Origin: Acidimicrobiales bacterium
GTDB taxonomy: Bacteria; Actinomycetota; Acidimicrobiia; Acidimicrobiales; Bog-793
DNA: 64,000 nt
Direction of reading: 5' to 3'
Assembly (NCBI GenBank): GCA_049514105.1
Contig: JBEKVJ010000002.1
Coordinates: 5,727 to 69,726 of the forward strand
Shown: piece after piece, positions 10,315 to 19,896 of the stretch
Position numbering within the stretch: position 1 is the first letter of the stretch
Layout: every line of letters begins with the position of its first letter
Made by a program: the position numbers and the translations under genes
Notes under the pieces: model-generated
What the model saw: only the letters and a program-made list of their open reading frames with translations
Databases searched by the model: none
What the model was told of the DNA's origin: nothing

Positions 10315-10998
10315 TCAGACCTCGGGCCTAGCTGGAGGCGGATTCTGCTCGAGGGGGGCGAGCGCGAGACCGTCGGGCTCGCCACCGCCGTCCCAATCCT
10401 CGACAAAGACCCCAGAAGAGTCCCGCCGGAACACGGGAATCGCCCCGAGGGCGTGCACGAGATCGACCGTGTCAGCGAGCTCGCGCCTCCATGTGGCCGC
10501 CTCGGTGACAAGGGTGCCAATGGCGACAGGCTTCGCACCGACTCGGTACAACAAGTTGAGCGCGGCCCGCATGGAGGCTCCCGTTGAGATGACGTCGTCG
10601 ACAACCCCGACCCGGCGGCCCTTTACGACCTCCACACGGGCAGCGTCGAACAAGAGCCGCTGCTGGGTGCCGGTCGTGATGGACTTGACCGGCTCGGTTA
10701 TGGCATCTCGTAGGTGGAGCTTCGGCGTCTTCTGCAAGATTAAGTAGTCATCGAGGCCGAGTGCCCTCGTCACCTCGATCGCAAGGGGGATCCCCATGGT
10801 CGCGACAGAGACGACGAGGTCGAGATCGAACTTCTCGAGCTGCTCGGCGAGCTCGGTCGCCGCCTGCTCGACGAAACGAACACCGTGGTCGACCGTGATC
10901 AGCAGCGCTATCGCAAGGTCGTCGGTGATCGGGATCAGCGGTAGGTCGATCTCTTGAGTCCCGACCGTCGCGTGGTATGTGCCTGCGGCTATGACCAT
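10315..10998 (-). CDS. Type I phosphoribosyltransferase (adenine/purine PRTase-like)
   Basis: PRPP motif 'VGVVDDVISTGAS'; start uncertain (ORF open to 11124). Confidence 0.8.
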   Translation of the reverse strand: MVIAAGTYHATVGTQEIDLPLIPITDDLAIALLITVDHGVRFVEQAATELAEQLEKFDLDLVVSVATMGIPLAIEVTRALGLDDYLILQKTPKLHLRDAITEPVKSITTGTQQRLLFDAARVEVVKGRRVGVVDDVISTGASMRAALNLLYRVGAKPVAIGTLVTEAATWRRELADTVDLVHALGAIPVFRRDSSGVFVEDWDGGGEPDGLALAPLEQNPPPARPEV

Positions 10999-11086
10999 GG
11001 CGCGATGCTCGCTGGTCGGGAGCCAGAGTGCAACTACGGCTCGACCAAGAGCCTGCTCGGGCGAAACCTGGCGGTCGCGAACAGCC

Positions 11087-11782
11087 TCAGGCGGGCGGGC
11101 CGAAGAGCCTGTCTCCGGCGTCACCCAGGCCGGGGACGATGAATCCGTGCTCGTTAAGCTCCTCGTCGACAGCGACGCAGGCGACCTTCACTGAAGGGTG
11201 AAATCCGCAGAAGTGGTCGATGCCTGTCCGCGACGCGATCAAACAGAGGGCGTGGATCTCGGTCGCGCCCCTTTGCTTGACGAGGTCGCAAACCTTCACG
11301 AGCGAGCCTCCCGTGGCCAGCATCGGGTCGCAGATGATCACCCGCCGGCCCGACAGGTCTCGAGGCAACCGCTCGAGATAGACCGCCGGGACGAGGGTCT
11401 CCTCGTCTCGACGCAACCCAACGTGGGCGACCTCGGTCAAAGGGAGCATCTCTTGGATGGCGGGAATCATGCCGAGCCCGGCGCGAAGTATCGGCACGAG
11501 CAGCACCATCTCGCTCACCCTTTGGCAGGGAACGTCTTTTTGCATTGGGGTGTCGACGCGCTGCTCGACGGTACGCAAGTCGCGTAGCGCCTCGTAGGCA
11601 ACCACAGCGGACAACTCTCCCATGATCGTGCGGAACGTGGCGTTGTCGGTCTCGACAGACCTCAGGACCGACAAGCGGTGGGCGACGATCGGGTGATCGA
11701 CAACAAGCACGCGCTGGCCTCCTGCCGAGGGATGGCGGGCCGGCTCGGTGACAAGCCGTAGTCCCCTTCCCGAACGTGACAT
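11087..11782 (-). CDS. upp: Uracil phosphoribosyltransferase
   Basis: 'VPILRAGLGM', 'RRDEETL', 'DPMLATGGS', 'IVPGLGDAGDRLFG'; start uncertain. Confidence 0.95.
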   Translation of the reverse strand: MSRSGRGLRLVTEPARHPSAGGQRVLVVDHPIVAHRLSVLRSVETDNATFRTIMGELSAVVAYEALRDLRTVEQRVDTPMQKDVPCQRVSEMVLLVPILRAGLGMIPAIQEMLPLTEVAHVGLRRDEETLVPAVYLERLPRDLSGRRVIICDPMLATGGSLVKVCDLVKQRGATEIHALCLIASRTGIDHFCGFHPSVKVACVAVDEELNEHGFIVPGLGDAGDRLFGPPA

Positions 11783-11864
11783 CACTGGCAGGCTACCCGA
11801 GCGGCTCGGCCACTGCCCACTGCGCCAGGACACGAGGCCGGCCCCAGGCAAATCGGGCACGCGC

Positions 11865-13226
11865 TCAGCTAGAAAGGCCCTTCACCGCCACCTCGACAGC
11901 ACGGTGGAAGGTTGGGTAGGCGTAGATCATCGTCGCCAGCACCGAGGTCGGCACGGACGCGTGCACTGCGAGGGTAAGCATCGAGAGAACCTCCCCACCG
12001 CAAGGCCCCGCCGAGGTCGCCCCCACGAGCACGGCGCGGTCGGCATCTTCGACGAGCTTGATGAAACCCGCGTTGTCGACTTTCTGGATCCAGCCGCGCG
12101 CGGACGAAGGAAGGTCGGTGTAGCCGGTACGCACCCTCATGCCGCTAGAACGTGCCTGGGCCTCGCTCAAGCCGACCGAGCCGATCTCTGGGTCGGTGAA
12201 AGTCACTCTCGGCAGGGCCCGATAGTCGCCGGGCGCTCCGGGACGGCCCAAGATATCGGCGAGCACTATTTCGGCCTGGTACATCGACACGTGAGTGAAG
12301 GCACCCTTGCCGGTGATGTCCCCAACCGCCCAGAGCCCGGGTGCCGCGCGACATCTGTCGTCGACCGGGATCGAACGCGCGTTTTCCTCAAGGCCGACCG
12401 ACCGGAGCCCGATGGCGGCGAGGTCGACACGGCGCCCAGTCGCGACGAGGAGGTGATCGGCGGAAAGCGACTCGCCCGAAGCCAGCTCGAGCGCGATGCC
12501 CGGGCCGCTGTCGTGGGCGGAGGTGACCTCGGACCCAGTCAAGATGCGCATCCCTTCTGACTCGAGCACATCTGTGAGCAAGCGCCCCGCCTCAGGCTCC
12601 TCGAGCGGAAGCAGGCCGGGCCCCGCTTCCACGATGGTGACCGCGCTCCCAAAACGGGCGAAGACCTGCCCGAGCTCGACCCCGATGGCGCCGCCTCCGA
12701 GGACCACGAGCGAGGATGGCGCCTCGGTCGCTTCTATGGCTTCCCGGTTGGTCCAATAGGCCGTCTCCGCGAGCCCGGGGATCGGAGGTGAGAAGGGATG
12801 GGTCCCGGTGTTGATCACGATCCCGCGCGAGGCCTCGAACTCGCGTTCGCCAACTGAGACCAGGCCGGGGCCGGCGAGGCGGCCATAACCGCGCACGAAC
12901 CTGCCGCCTTTGGATTCGAAGCGCTCAACGGCAACGCGGTCGTTCCAGTCGTCGGTTGCCTCGGTACGGATACGCCTTGCGACCTGGGAGTAGTCCGCGC
13001 TCACGGTCGCGCTCCCCGCGATCCCGCCCACGCGGCGCGCGTCGGCGAGCAGGCCCGCCGCCCGGAGCATCATCTTTGAAGGAACACAGCCCCAGTACGG
13101 GCACTCGCCACCGACAAGGCGCCCGTCGATGCCAATAACGGCGAGGCCTTCCTCGGCGAGCCGGCCCGCCACATGCTCACCACCTGGGCCCATCCCGAGG
13201 ACAATCACGTCCGCATGCTCAGTCAT
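11865..13226 (-). CDS. Class I pyridine nucleotide-disulfide oxidoreductase (Lpd/MerA-like family)
   Basis: GxGPGG, redox-active 'GGECPYWGCVPSK', 'GGGAIG', 'ATGR', 'WAVGD'; C-terminal 'AYPT'. Confidence 0.88.
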   Translation of the reverse strand: MTEHADVIVLGMGPGGEHVAGRLAEEGLAVIGIDGRLVGGECPYWGCVPSKMMLRAAGLLADARRVGGIAGSATVSADYSQVARRIRTEATDDWNDRVAVERFESKGGRFVRGYGRLAGPGLVSVGEREFEASRGIVINTGTHPFSPPIPGLAETAYWTNREAIEATEAPSSLVVLGGGAIGVELGQVFARFGSAVTIVEAGPGLLPLEEPEAGRLLTDVLESEGMRILTGSEVTSAHDSGPGIALELASGESLSADHLLVATGRRVDLAAIGLRSVGLEENARSIPVDDRCRAAPGLWAVGDITGKGAFTHVSMYQAEIVLADILGRPGAPGDYRALPRVTFTDPEIGSVGLSEAQARSSGMRVRTGYTDLPSSARGWIQKVDNAGFIKLVEDADRAVLVGATSAGPCGGEVLSMLTLAVHASVPTSVLATMIYAYPTFHRAVEVAVKGLSS

Positions 13227-13284
13227 GGCTGATCGTAACCTGAACGGTTCCCGCCGAGCCGGGTCGTTAGACTGCCGCCCCACG

Positions 13285-14817
13285 ATGCGGATCACGGCCA
13301 CCGGTCACGCGGGACTGTTCATCGAGACGGCGAGAGGCACCGTTCTTTGCGACCCGTGGCGCTCACCGGCTTACTTCGCCTCCTGGTTCGTGTTCCCCGA
13401 CAACAGCGACATCGACTTCGCGGCGCTTAAGCCGGACTTCTTGTACATCTCACACCTGCACCGGGACCACTTCGACCCGGAGCTGCTCAAAAAGAGCGTG
13501 CCGAAATCGGCGACGGTCCTCCTACCGCAGTTCCCGACCGACGAGCTGCGCTCGGCGCTTTGTGATATCGGGTTCTCCTCTTTCGTCGAGACGACAAACG
13601 GCGAGCCGGTCGAGCTCGATGGCCTTCGGGTGATGATCACAGCCATGGTTGCGCCGAGCGACGGTCCTATCGGCGACTCGGCTCTCTCGCTCGACGACGG
13701 CGAGTGTCGAGTCCTCAATCAGAACGACGCCCGGCCCCCCGACCCGGAGCAGCTAAACGCCTTTGGAGCCTACGACGGGCATTTCCTCCAGTTCTCCGGC
13801 GCCATCTGGTGGCCCGTGGTCTACGAGCTGGCCGAGGCGAACAAGTCCGAGTTCGCCAGGCGCAAGCGGCTGAACGGGATGGAACGCGCACGGCGCTTTG
13901 TCGACTCGGTCGGGGCTCGCTACGTCTTTCCGACCGCCGGTCCGCCTTGTTTTTTGGACGACGACCTCTTCGAGCACAACGACTTCACCAACCGCGCCGA
14001 CAACATCTTCCCGGACCAGACCGTCTTCCTCTCCTACCTGGCCGAAAGCGGCCTCGACAACGGGCGCCTTTTGATCCCGGGCAGTGTGGCAACTCTCGAT
14101 GAAACCAGTTGTGCCCTTTCTCATCCGATCGCCCCCGAGGAACTTCGTGCGATCTTTGACCACAAGCGCCAGTACCTCGAGGCTTACGCCAAGCGCCAGC
14201 GGCCCGTCCTCGAACGCGAGCACGCCTCGTGGCCCCGCTACGAGGGCGACATACTGGGCGCCCTCAAGGCGTGGTTCGAGCCGCTGTTGGAACTGGCGGA
14301 CAACATCTGCGAAGGCGTCGGCGCCCCGGTCTTAGTCGACCTCGGCGAGGAGAAGATCCTCATCGACTTCACCGCTCGCCAGGTCCGCGCTTTCGCTGGC
14401 GAAGAGTGCCGCTACCGCTTCAGCATGCAACGGCGCCTCGTCGAGGCCCTCGTGGCCACACACGAGATCGACTGGGTCAACAGCTTGTTCCTCTCGATGC
14501 GTTTTGGTGCCAAGCGTCGGGGCCAGTACAACGAGTACGTTTTTGCTTTTTTCAAATGCCTCTCGCCCGAGCGAATGAGCTACGCCGAGGGCTGGTACGC
14601 CGAGAAGTCGAGCGGCGACGACCTCGTTGCGCTCGACGGCTTCATGGTCCAACGCCGCTGCCCGCACCTAAAGGCCGACCTTTCGCGTTTCGGCACAGTC
14701 TGTGACGGAGTACTCGAGTGCGCCATGCACGGTTGGCGCTTCGAGCTTGCCACCGGGCAGTGCCTAACAGCCGCGGGCCACGACATCGTCGCGGTGCCGA
14801 TAGAGCCCTCAGGCTGA
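13285..14817 (+). CDS. Metallo-beta-lactamase-fold protein with C-terminal Rieske [2Fe-2S] domain (Rv3818-like)
   Basis: 'GHAG', 'SHLHRDH', 'LNQND'; Rieske 'CPH...CAMH'. Confidence 0.85.
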   Translation: MRITATGHAGLFIETARGTVLCDPWRSPAYFASWFVFPDNSDIDFAALKPDFLYISHLHRDHFDPELLKKSVPKSATVLLPQFPTDELRSALCDIGFSSFVETTNGEPVELDGLRVMITAMVAPSDGPIGDSALSLDDGECRVLNQNDARPPDPEQLNAFGAYDGHFLQFSGAIWWPVVYELAEANKSEFARRKRLNGMERARRFVDSVGARYVFPTAGPPCFLDDDLFEHNDFTNRADNIFPDQTVFLSYLAESGLDNGRLLIPGSVATLDETSCALSHPIAPEELRAIFDHKRQYLEAYAKRQRPVLEREHASWPRYEGDILGALKAWFEPLLELADNICEGVGAPVLVDLGEEKILIDFTARQVRAFAGEECRYRFSMQRRLVEALVATHEIDWVNSLFLSMRFGAKRRGQYNEYVFAFFKCLSPERMSYAEGWYAEKSSGDDLVALDGFMVQRRCPHLKADLSRFGTVCDGVLECAMHGWRFELATGQCLTAAGHDIVAVPIEPSG

Positions 14818-17022
14818 GGCGAGCGTCTCGCGGGAATCCTCGCGGAACTTGCGCTTGCGCAACTCCGGGGCTCCCACGGCCGGGTTCTGCTCGAGCCAGA
14901 CCACCAGCTCGTCGGGCGGCACAGGCCTGCTCACGTAGTAGCCCTGGGCGAAATCACAGCCAAACTGGGCGAGTCGCTCCATGACGGCTCGCTTCTCGAC
15001 ACCCTCGGCGACGACGCCGAGACCGAGGTTGTGGGCGAGCTCGATCACCGCGCGGACGATGGCCTCGTCCTCCTCACGCGCCACCATGGCAGAGACAAAT
15101 GTGCGGTCGATCTTGATCTCGTCTATGGGAAGGCTCTTGAGCGAGGCGATGGAGGACCCGCCCGTCCCGTAGTCGTCGACCGAGAGACACAAGCCCATGG
15201 CACCGAGGCGCTCGAGGACGTCCTCGGTTCGTGCCGGGTCGTCCGAGATGGCACGCTCGGCGACCTCGAGCTTGAGCATCTTCGCGGGCATCCGCCACTT
15301 GCCGAGCAACGCCGCGATCTCGCCGGGAAAGCCAGGATCGAGCAGGTCGCGCTGAGAGAGGTTGACCGAAATCGGCAAGCTGAGCCCCGCGTCCGACCAG
15401 GCGCGCCACTGCCTGGCGGCCTCCTCCAGCACGCGCTGGGTTAGCGCGCGGATGAGGCTCGTCCCGCTCACGACGGGGATGAACTCGTCCGGCATGACCA
15501 GGCCCCGGCCGGAGTCCTGCCATCTAACGAGTGCCTCGACGCCGACGATGCGGCCAGATTGTACGGCAATCTTCGGCTGGTAGTGCAAAACGAGCTCGTG
15601 CTCGTCGATCGCCCGGCGCAGCTCGCCCACAAGTGCAAGGCGCTCGGCGGCCCTTGTATCCACAGAGACGTCGAAGAAGGCATAGCCGAGCTTGGCGTCC
15701 TTGGCGACTCGCATGGCCGTGTCGGCCGAGCGAAGCAGCGAGTCCACATCGGCCCCGTCGCGCGGACAGCAGGCGATGCCGACGCTCACCTCGATCTCTA
15801 GGTCCAGTCCCTCGATCGCGACCGCGGGCTCGAGCGCCTCGCGAAGGCGGTGGACCACCTCGAGCGCCTCCGCCCGGCCGGCACCGGTCACGAGCACAGC
15901 GAACTCGTCGCCGGCGAGCCTTGCTATGGAGTCGTCGCCGCGCAGGCAGTGGTGAAACCGGCTCCCGACCTCTTGCAACAAGCGGTCCCCGATCTCGCGC
16001 CCGAGGGTGTCGTTGACCTCCTTGAACCGGTCCAGGTTCATCACGAACACGACAAGCTCGCTCTCGGCCTCGCGCGCCTCACTGATCGCGTGAGCAAGGC
16101 TGTCGCGGAAATAGGCCTCGTTGGTGAGCCCGGTGAGCGAGTCGTGAAGCGAGTGATGGCGGACTTGGCGTTCGAGCAGCTCGCGCGACGCCTCCGCCGC
16201 CTTCTGGCGGGTGAGGTCCAAGATGACGCCCGCTGTCCACTGCGGCTTGCCGTCCAGGCCCAGCACGGGCCGGCCACGCTCGGTGACCCAGCGCGCCTCG
16301 CCACTTAAGTGGATGACCCTGTACTCAAGCGAGTACGGCGAGCCCCGCTCGAGGGCGTCGTTGACCTCCGAGATCATGTAGGGCAGGTCCTCGGGATGCA
16401 CGATCGAGTCGTAGCTGCGCACCTTGTTTCCGATGAAGTCGCTCGCCGGATAACCGACAAGGTCCTCGATCTGGTCGCTCATGAACTCGATCGTCCCTGT
16501 CGCGTCGCAAGCGCAGCGGTAGATCGCCCCCGGGATGCCGGCGACGGCCGAGTGGAGATACTCCTCGATTCCACTCGGACGTGGCTCGGTCCTGCGCCTC
16601 GGAGTGACATCGAGGCAGTGACCGTGGAGTGTCGACTTGCCCGACGCGCCGACAATGGGCGCGGCCTCGTCGTAGATCCAAAGCACGCTCCCATTCCGGC
16701 CGACCATGCGGTACTCGCTCAAAAGGGCCTCGCCCCTGGCCGCGGCGTCCCAATGCTCGGCGAGGACCCTGTCACGGTCGTCCGGGTGCACGAGCCTCGC
16801 GAACCCGCCCGGATCGCTCGCAATCGTCTCCGGAGATACCCCCAAAACGGCCGCGCTATGGATGCTCAGCTCGGTGACAAGAATTGGGACTCCCTGCGTC
16901 GCCCGGTACGAAAGCACAAAGAACTGCTCGAGGGCCGACCACGCCTCGACCGCGTCGTTCACCGCCGCCACCCGCCCCGGTGGCGGCTCGGGCTGAGAGC
17001 CGGAATCCATTGGACTACCCAT
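14809..17022 (-). CDS. PAS-PAS-GGDEF-EAL c-di-GMP metabolising protein
   Basis: Two PAS/PAC units ('VHPDD', 'VHPED'); 'LDRFKEVND', 'AGDEF'; 'EALVRW', 'DDYGTG', 'AEGVE'. Confidence 0.93.
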   Translation of the reverse strand: MGSPMDSGSQPEPPPGRVAAVNDAVEAWSALEQFFVLSYRATQGVPILVTELSIHSAAVLGVSPETIASDPGGFARLVHPDDRDRVLAEHWDAAARGEALLSEYRMVGRNGSVLWIYDEAAPIVGASGKSTLHGHCLDVTPRRRTEPRPSGIEEYLHSAVAGIPGAIYRCACDATGTIEFMSDQIEDLVGYPASDFIGNKVRSYDSIVHPEDLPYMISEVNDALERGSPYSLEYRVIHLSGEARWVTERGRPVLGLDGKPQWTAGVILDLTRQKAAEASRELLERQVRHHSLHDSLTGLTNEAYFRDSLAHAISEAREAESELVVFVMNLDRFKEVNDTLGREIGDRLLQEVGSRFHHCLRGDDSIARLAGDEFAVLVTGAGRAEALEVVHRLREALEPAVAIEGLDLEIEVSVGIACCPRDGADVDSLLRSADTAMRVAKDAKLGYAFFDVSVDTRAAERLALVGELRRAIDEHELVLHYQPKIAVQSGRIVGVEALVRWQDSGRGLVMPDEFIPVVSGTSLIRALTQRVLEEAARQWRAWSDAGLSLPISVNLSQRDLLDPGFPGEIAALLGKWRMPAKMLKLEVAERAISDDPARTEDVLERLGAMGLCLSVDDYGTGGSSIASLKSLPIDEIKIDRTFVSAMVAREEDEAIVRAVIELAHNLGLGVVAEGVEKRAVMERLAQFGCDFAQGYYVSRPVPPDELVVWLEQNPAVGAPELRKRKFREDSRETLASA

Positions 17023-17043
17023 TCTCCGCTCTCACGTCACTAA

Positions 17044-17072
17044 CCATCGGCCCGCAGGTGGCTTGACTTGAG
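17044..17072 (-). promoter_or_regulatory. Putative sigma-28 (FliA/WhiG-type) promoter
   Basis: Minus strand TCAA-N16-GCCGATGG ending ~20 nt upstream of the GGDEF-EAL ATG. Confidence 0.45.
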
Positions 17073-17126
17073 AGCAATCCCAGGTCAGAAGCATCGACTG
17101 AACCCTCAGCAAAGGGACTTTGGGGC

Positions 17127-17642
17127 TCAAAGGTACGGGGTGCGGCCCTCGTTGGCGCCGTTGTCGCGCTCGGCACCGGGGCCGACGCCGCGCATCTGCT
17201 CGAGCTGGCGCTGGGTGGCTACCTGCTGGACGAAAAGCGTCGCTTGGATGCCCTGGAACAGCCCGGAGAGCCAACCGACGAGCTGACCCTGAGCCACACG
17301 GAGCTCTGCGTCGGTGGGCGCGTCGCCGTCAAAGGGAATCGCGAACCGGTCCAGCTCCTGGGCGAGCTCGGGCGAGAGGGTCGCCTCGAGCTGGCGGACC
17401 GACTCGTGGTAGATCTCCTTCATCCGGTTGCGGCTCGCCTCGTCGAGCGGCGCCACGCGAACCTCCTCGAGGAGCTGCTTGGCCATTGACGCGATGCGCA
17501 TGAGCTTGGCTGGCTGGGATACGAACTCCTCTTCCGAAAGGGCACCTGGTTGGGTGATCTCGGCCGGTACGAGTGGGCGCGGTCCCGGATCGCCACTTTC
17601 GCCCAGGTCCTCGGCGCCAGAGACGTCTTGGTCGTTGTGCAT
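17127..17642 (-). CDS. bpa: Bacterial proteasome activator Bpa/PafE (DUF2587)
   Basis: 'QPAKLMRIASMAKQLLEEVR', 'ELRVAQGQLVGWLSGLFQGIQ'; C-terminal penultimate Tyr (…PYL). Confidence 0.9.
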   Translation of the reverse strand: MHNDQDVSGAEDLGESGDPGPRPLVPAEITQPGALSEEEFVSQPAKLMRIASMAKQLLEEVRVAPLDEASRNRMKEIYHESVRQLEATLSPELAQELDRFAIPFDGDAPTDAELRVAQGQLVGWLSGLFQGIQATLFVQQVATQRQLEQMRGVGPGAERDNGANEGRTPYL

Positions 17643-17723
17643 GGACCGATTCTGCCTTGAAGCCAGCGGCTCCATGCGGCACAGCCAGTCCGCACCGCCC
17701 CGTTTGCCAGAACGGCGCGGCTC

Positions 17724-19742
17724 TCAGCGCCACAGGTGGTCGAGATCGACGGTGATAGGGCCATGGGTCGACACCGCCGCTTCGACGCGGGGGCGAGGTG
17801 GCGTCTGCTCTTGGATATCGAGAGTGGACAGCACCTCGCCCTCTAAGAACCGGCTCGCCGGGGCGATGCAGTGACGGTCGTTGCGGGCGCGCCGGTGGTA
17901 GGGCATGCGCAGCGGCGTGTAGAGCGTGAGACGGTCCCGTGCCCTGGTGGTGGCGACGTAGAAGAGCCTGCGCTCCTCGGCGAGCCCCGCCGCAGATCCG
18001 AGCGCCATATCGGAAGGAAAAGCGCCGTCGACGAGGTGGGGAAGATGCACAGAGGCCCACTCGAGGCCCTTGGCGGAATGGACCGTGGAGATGATCACGA
18101 AGTCCTCGTCCAGATGCGGCGGCCCAGCCCGGTCGCCTGTCGAGCTCGGCGGATCAAGAGTTATCTCGGCGAGCCACGCCGGCAGGTCGTCCATGGCCGA
18201 CGCGGCCGAAGACAAGCGGTCCAGGTCCTCGACTCGCGCCGGGCCCTCGCTGTAGCGGCTAAGCACGAGCGGGCGCAGGAGTGCGAAGACGGACTCGACT
18301 CGCTCGACGACCCCGGCCTGATTGCGGGCCGACTCGAGGCCTTCGAGGGTCCGGCCGAGCTCGACGCGCGACCGCGCCGGCGCGGCCGCCACCGCCTCGG
18401 CCCAGTCGAATGCACCGGTGCCAGAAAGCGGAGCCACGAGGCCTACAAGAGCGCGGCCGTGGGCAGGCCCGATGCCCTCGTGCATGCGCAGCAGGCGGAA
18501 CCAGGCGAGCTCGTCAGCCGGGTTGTCGAGCAGGCGGAGGGCGGCGGCAAAGTCCTTGACATGGGCCGCTTCGACGAATCGGAGGCCACCATACTTGCGG
18601 TAAGGAACCCGGCGCGCCGTGAGCTCGAGCTCGATCAGATCGCTGTGGTGGGCGGCTCTCACCAGCACGGCCTGCTCTCGAAGGGCCATGCCTTCCTCAT
18701 GCGCATCGAGGATGCGATCGACGACGGCCCGGGCCTCGGCCGGAGCGTCGTGACACCGCAAAAGGACCGGCCGGCGGCCTCCTGGTCTTTGTCCCGAAAG
18801 CACGAGGTGAATCCCCGCCTCGGCCGGCCGGACAATGTTCGCCAGGTTCAAGATGGGCTGTAAAGAGCGGAAGTTGCGCTCGAGGGCGACCACGGTCGCG
18901 TGCGAGAACGAGCTGGCGAGGTCGTGGAGATAACACGCGTTCGCCCCGCGAAAGGCGTAGATCGCCTGGGCGTCGTCGCCGACAACCGTAAGCCCGTGCC
19001 CGTCGGGCCGAAGCGCCTGCACGATCTCAACCTGGAGCGCGTTCACATCCTGGTACTCGTCGACGAGCACATGGTCGAACATCTCGATCATGCGCGGCCC
19101 GAGCCGGTCGTCGCAAAGCGCCGCCCGCCAGAGCAACAAGAGGTCGTCGAAATCGACCTGGCCTTTCGCACGCTTGCGCGCGACATATGCCTTGAATAGG
19201 CCGGCGATGGATTCGACATGGGGCTCGCACCAGGGAAAGTCCGTCGCCAGCACTTCACCGAGGCGCTGGCGGGTGTTGACACAGCGCGAGTACACATCGA
19301 CAAGGGTCCTCGAGCGAGGGACACGGACCTCTCCGGTCCCGAATTCCTGCTCGTCTCTCAAAAGGTCCATCACGTCGGCGGCGTCGGCGGGATCGAGTAG
19401 CGAGAAACCGGGCTGCAGGCCGAGTGGCTCCGCGTAGGCGGAGATGAACTGGTGCGCCACGGCGTGAAAGGTCCCGCCTCGCAACCTTCTCCCCCACTCA
19501 CGGTGCCCGCTCAGCGTGGCTGCCCGGGCCAGCATGTCGTCGGCGGCGCGCCGTGTGAATGTGAGTAACAAGATCCTTTCCGGGGCGATGCCGCGGTCCA
19601 ACAGCCGTGCCACTCTCGCGGTGAGAGTGTGGGTCTTGCCGGTGCCGGCTCCAGCAACAATCACAAGCGGGTCGTCCCCGTGGACGACTGCGGCCAGCTG
19701 GGCCTCGTCCAGATTGGCGTCCCATGCTGCATCGTCGTACAT
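17724..19742 (-). CDS. UvrD/Rep/PcrA superfamily 1 DNA helicase
   Basis: 'AGAGTGKT', 'LTFTRRAA', 'VDEYQD', 'VGDDAQAIYAFRGA', 'STVHSAKGLEW', 'EERRLFYVATTRA'. Confidence 0.94.
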   Translation of the reverse strand: MYDDAAWDANLDEAQLAAVVHGDDPLVIVAGAGTGKTHTLTARVARLLDRGIAPERILLLTFTRRAADDMLARAATLSGHREWGRRLRGGTFHAVAHQFISAYAEPLGLQPGFSLLDPADAADVMDLLRDEQEFGTGEVRVPRSRTLVDVYSRCVNTRQRLGEVLATDFPWCEPHVESIAGLFKAYVARKRAKGQVDFDDLLLLWRAALCDDRLGPRMIEMFDHVLVDEYQDVNALQVEIVQALRPDGHGLTVVGDDAQAIYAFRGANACYLHDLASSFSHATVVALERNFRSLQPILNLANIVRPAEAGIHLVLSGQRPGGRRPVLLRCHDAPAEARAVVDRILDAHEEGMALREQAVLVRAAHHSDLIELELTARRVPYRKYGGLRFVEAAHVKDFAAALRLLDNPADELAWFRLLRMHEGIGPAHGRALVGLVAPLSGTGAFDWAEAVAAAPARSRVELGRTLEGLESARNQAGVVERVESVFALLRPLVLSRYSEGPARVEDLDRLSSAASAMDDLPAWLAEITLDPPSSTGDRAGPPHLDEDFVIISTVHSAKGLEWASVHLPHLVDGAFPSDMALGSAAGLAEERRLFYVATTRARDRLTLYTPLRMPYHRRARNDRHCIAPASRFLEGEVLSTLDIQEQTPPRPRVEAAVSTHGPITVDLDHLWR

Positions 19743-19750
19743 ATGTTCGA
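19735..19750 (-). promoter_or_regulatory. LexA/SOS box overlapping helicase start codon
   Basis: TCGAACATATGTACGA, one mismatch to actinobacterial TCGAAC-N4-GTTCGA; adjacent to -10 TAACAT. Confidence 0.8.
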
Positions 19751-19860
19751 TGTTATCGCCCCGGCCGTCTCCAGGTCGGAAAGCCGCCGCTCGGGCTCTC
19801 CAGGCCACTACCCTCTGGTAGGTGCTCAAGCTTTCGGGCCATGTTGTGACCTCTTAATCG

Positions 19861-19888
19861 CTCAAGGATCACGACGAGTTGCCGATAA
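19861..19888 (+). promoter_or_regulatory. Putative sigma-28 (FliA/WhiG-type) promoter
   Basis: CTCAAG...GCCGATAA with TCAA-N15-GCCGATAA spacing; in-frame GTG 8 nt downstream. Confidence 0.6.
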
Positions 19889-19896
19889 CTTTTCTC

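Noticed and set aside
11865-13226. Mercuric reductase (merA) or true dihydrolipoamide dehydrogenase
   Set aside because: No C-terminal Cys-Cys pair and no mer genes; the HPT..E catalytic His of Lpd is replaced (AYPT). Left as a family-level call.
17724-19742. Anti-phage defence helicase (e.g. Gabija GajB)
   Set aside because: No partner nuclease or ATPase adjacent; the SOS box and housekeeping context favour DNA repair.
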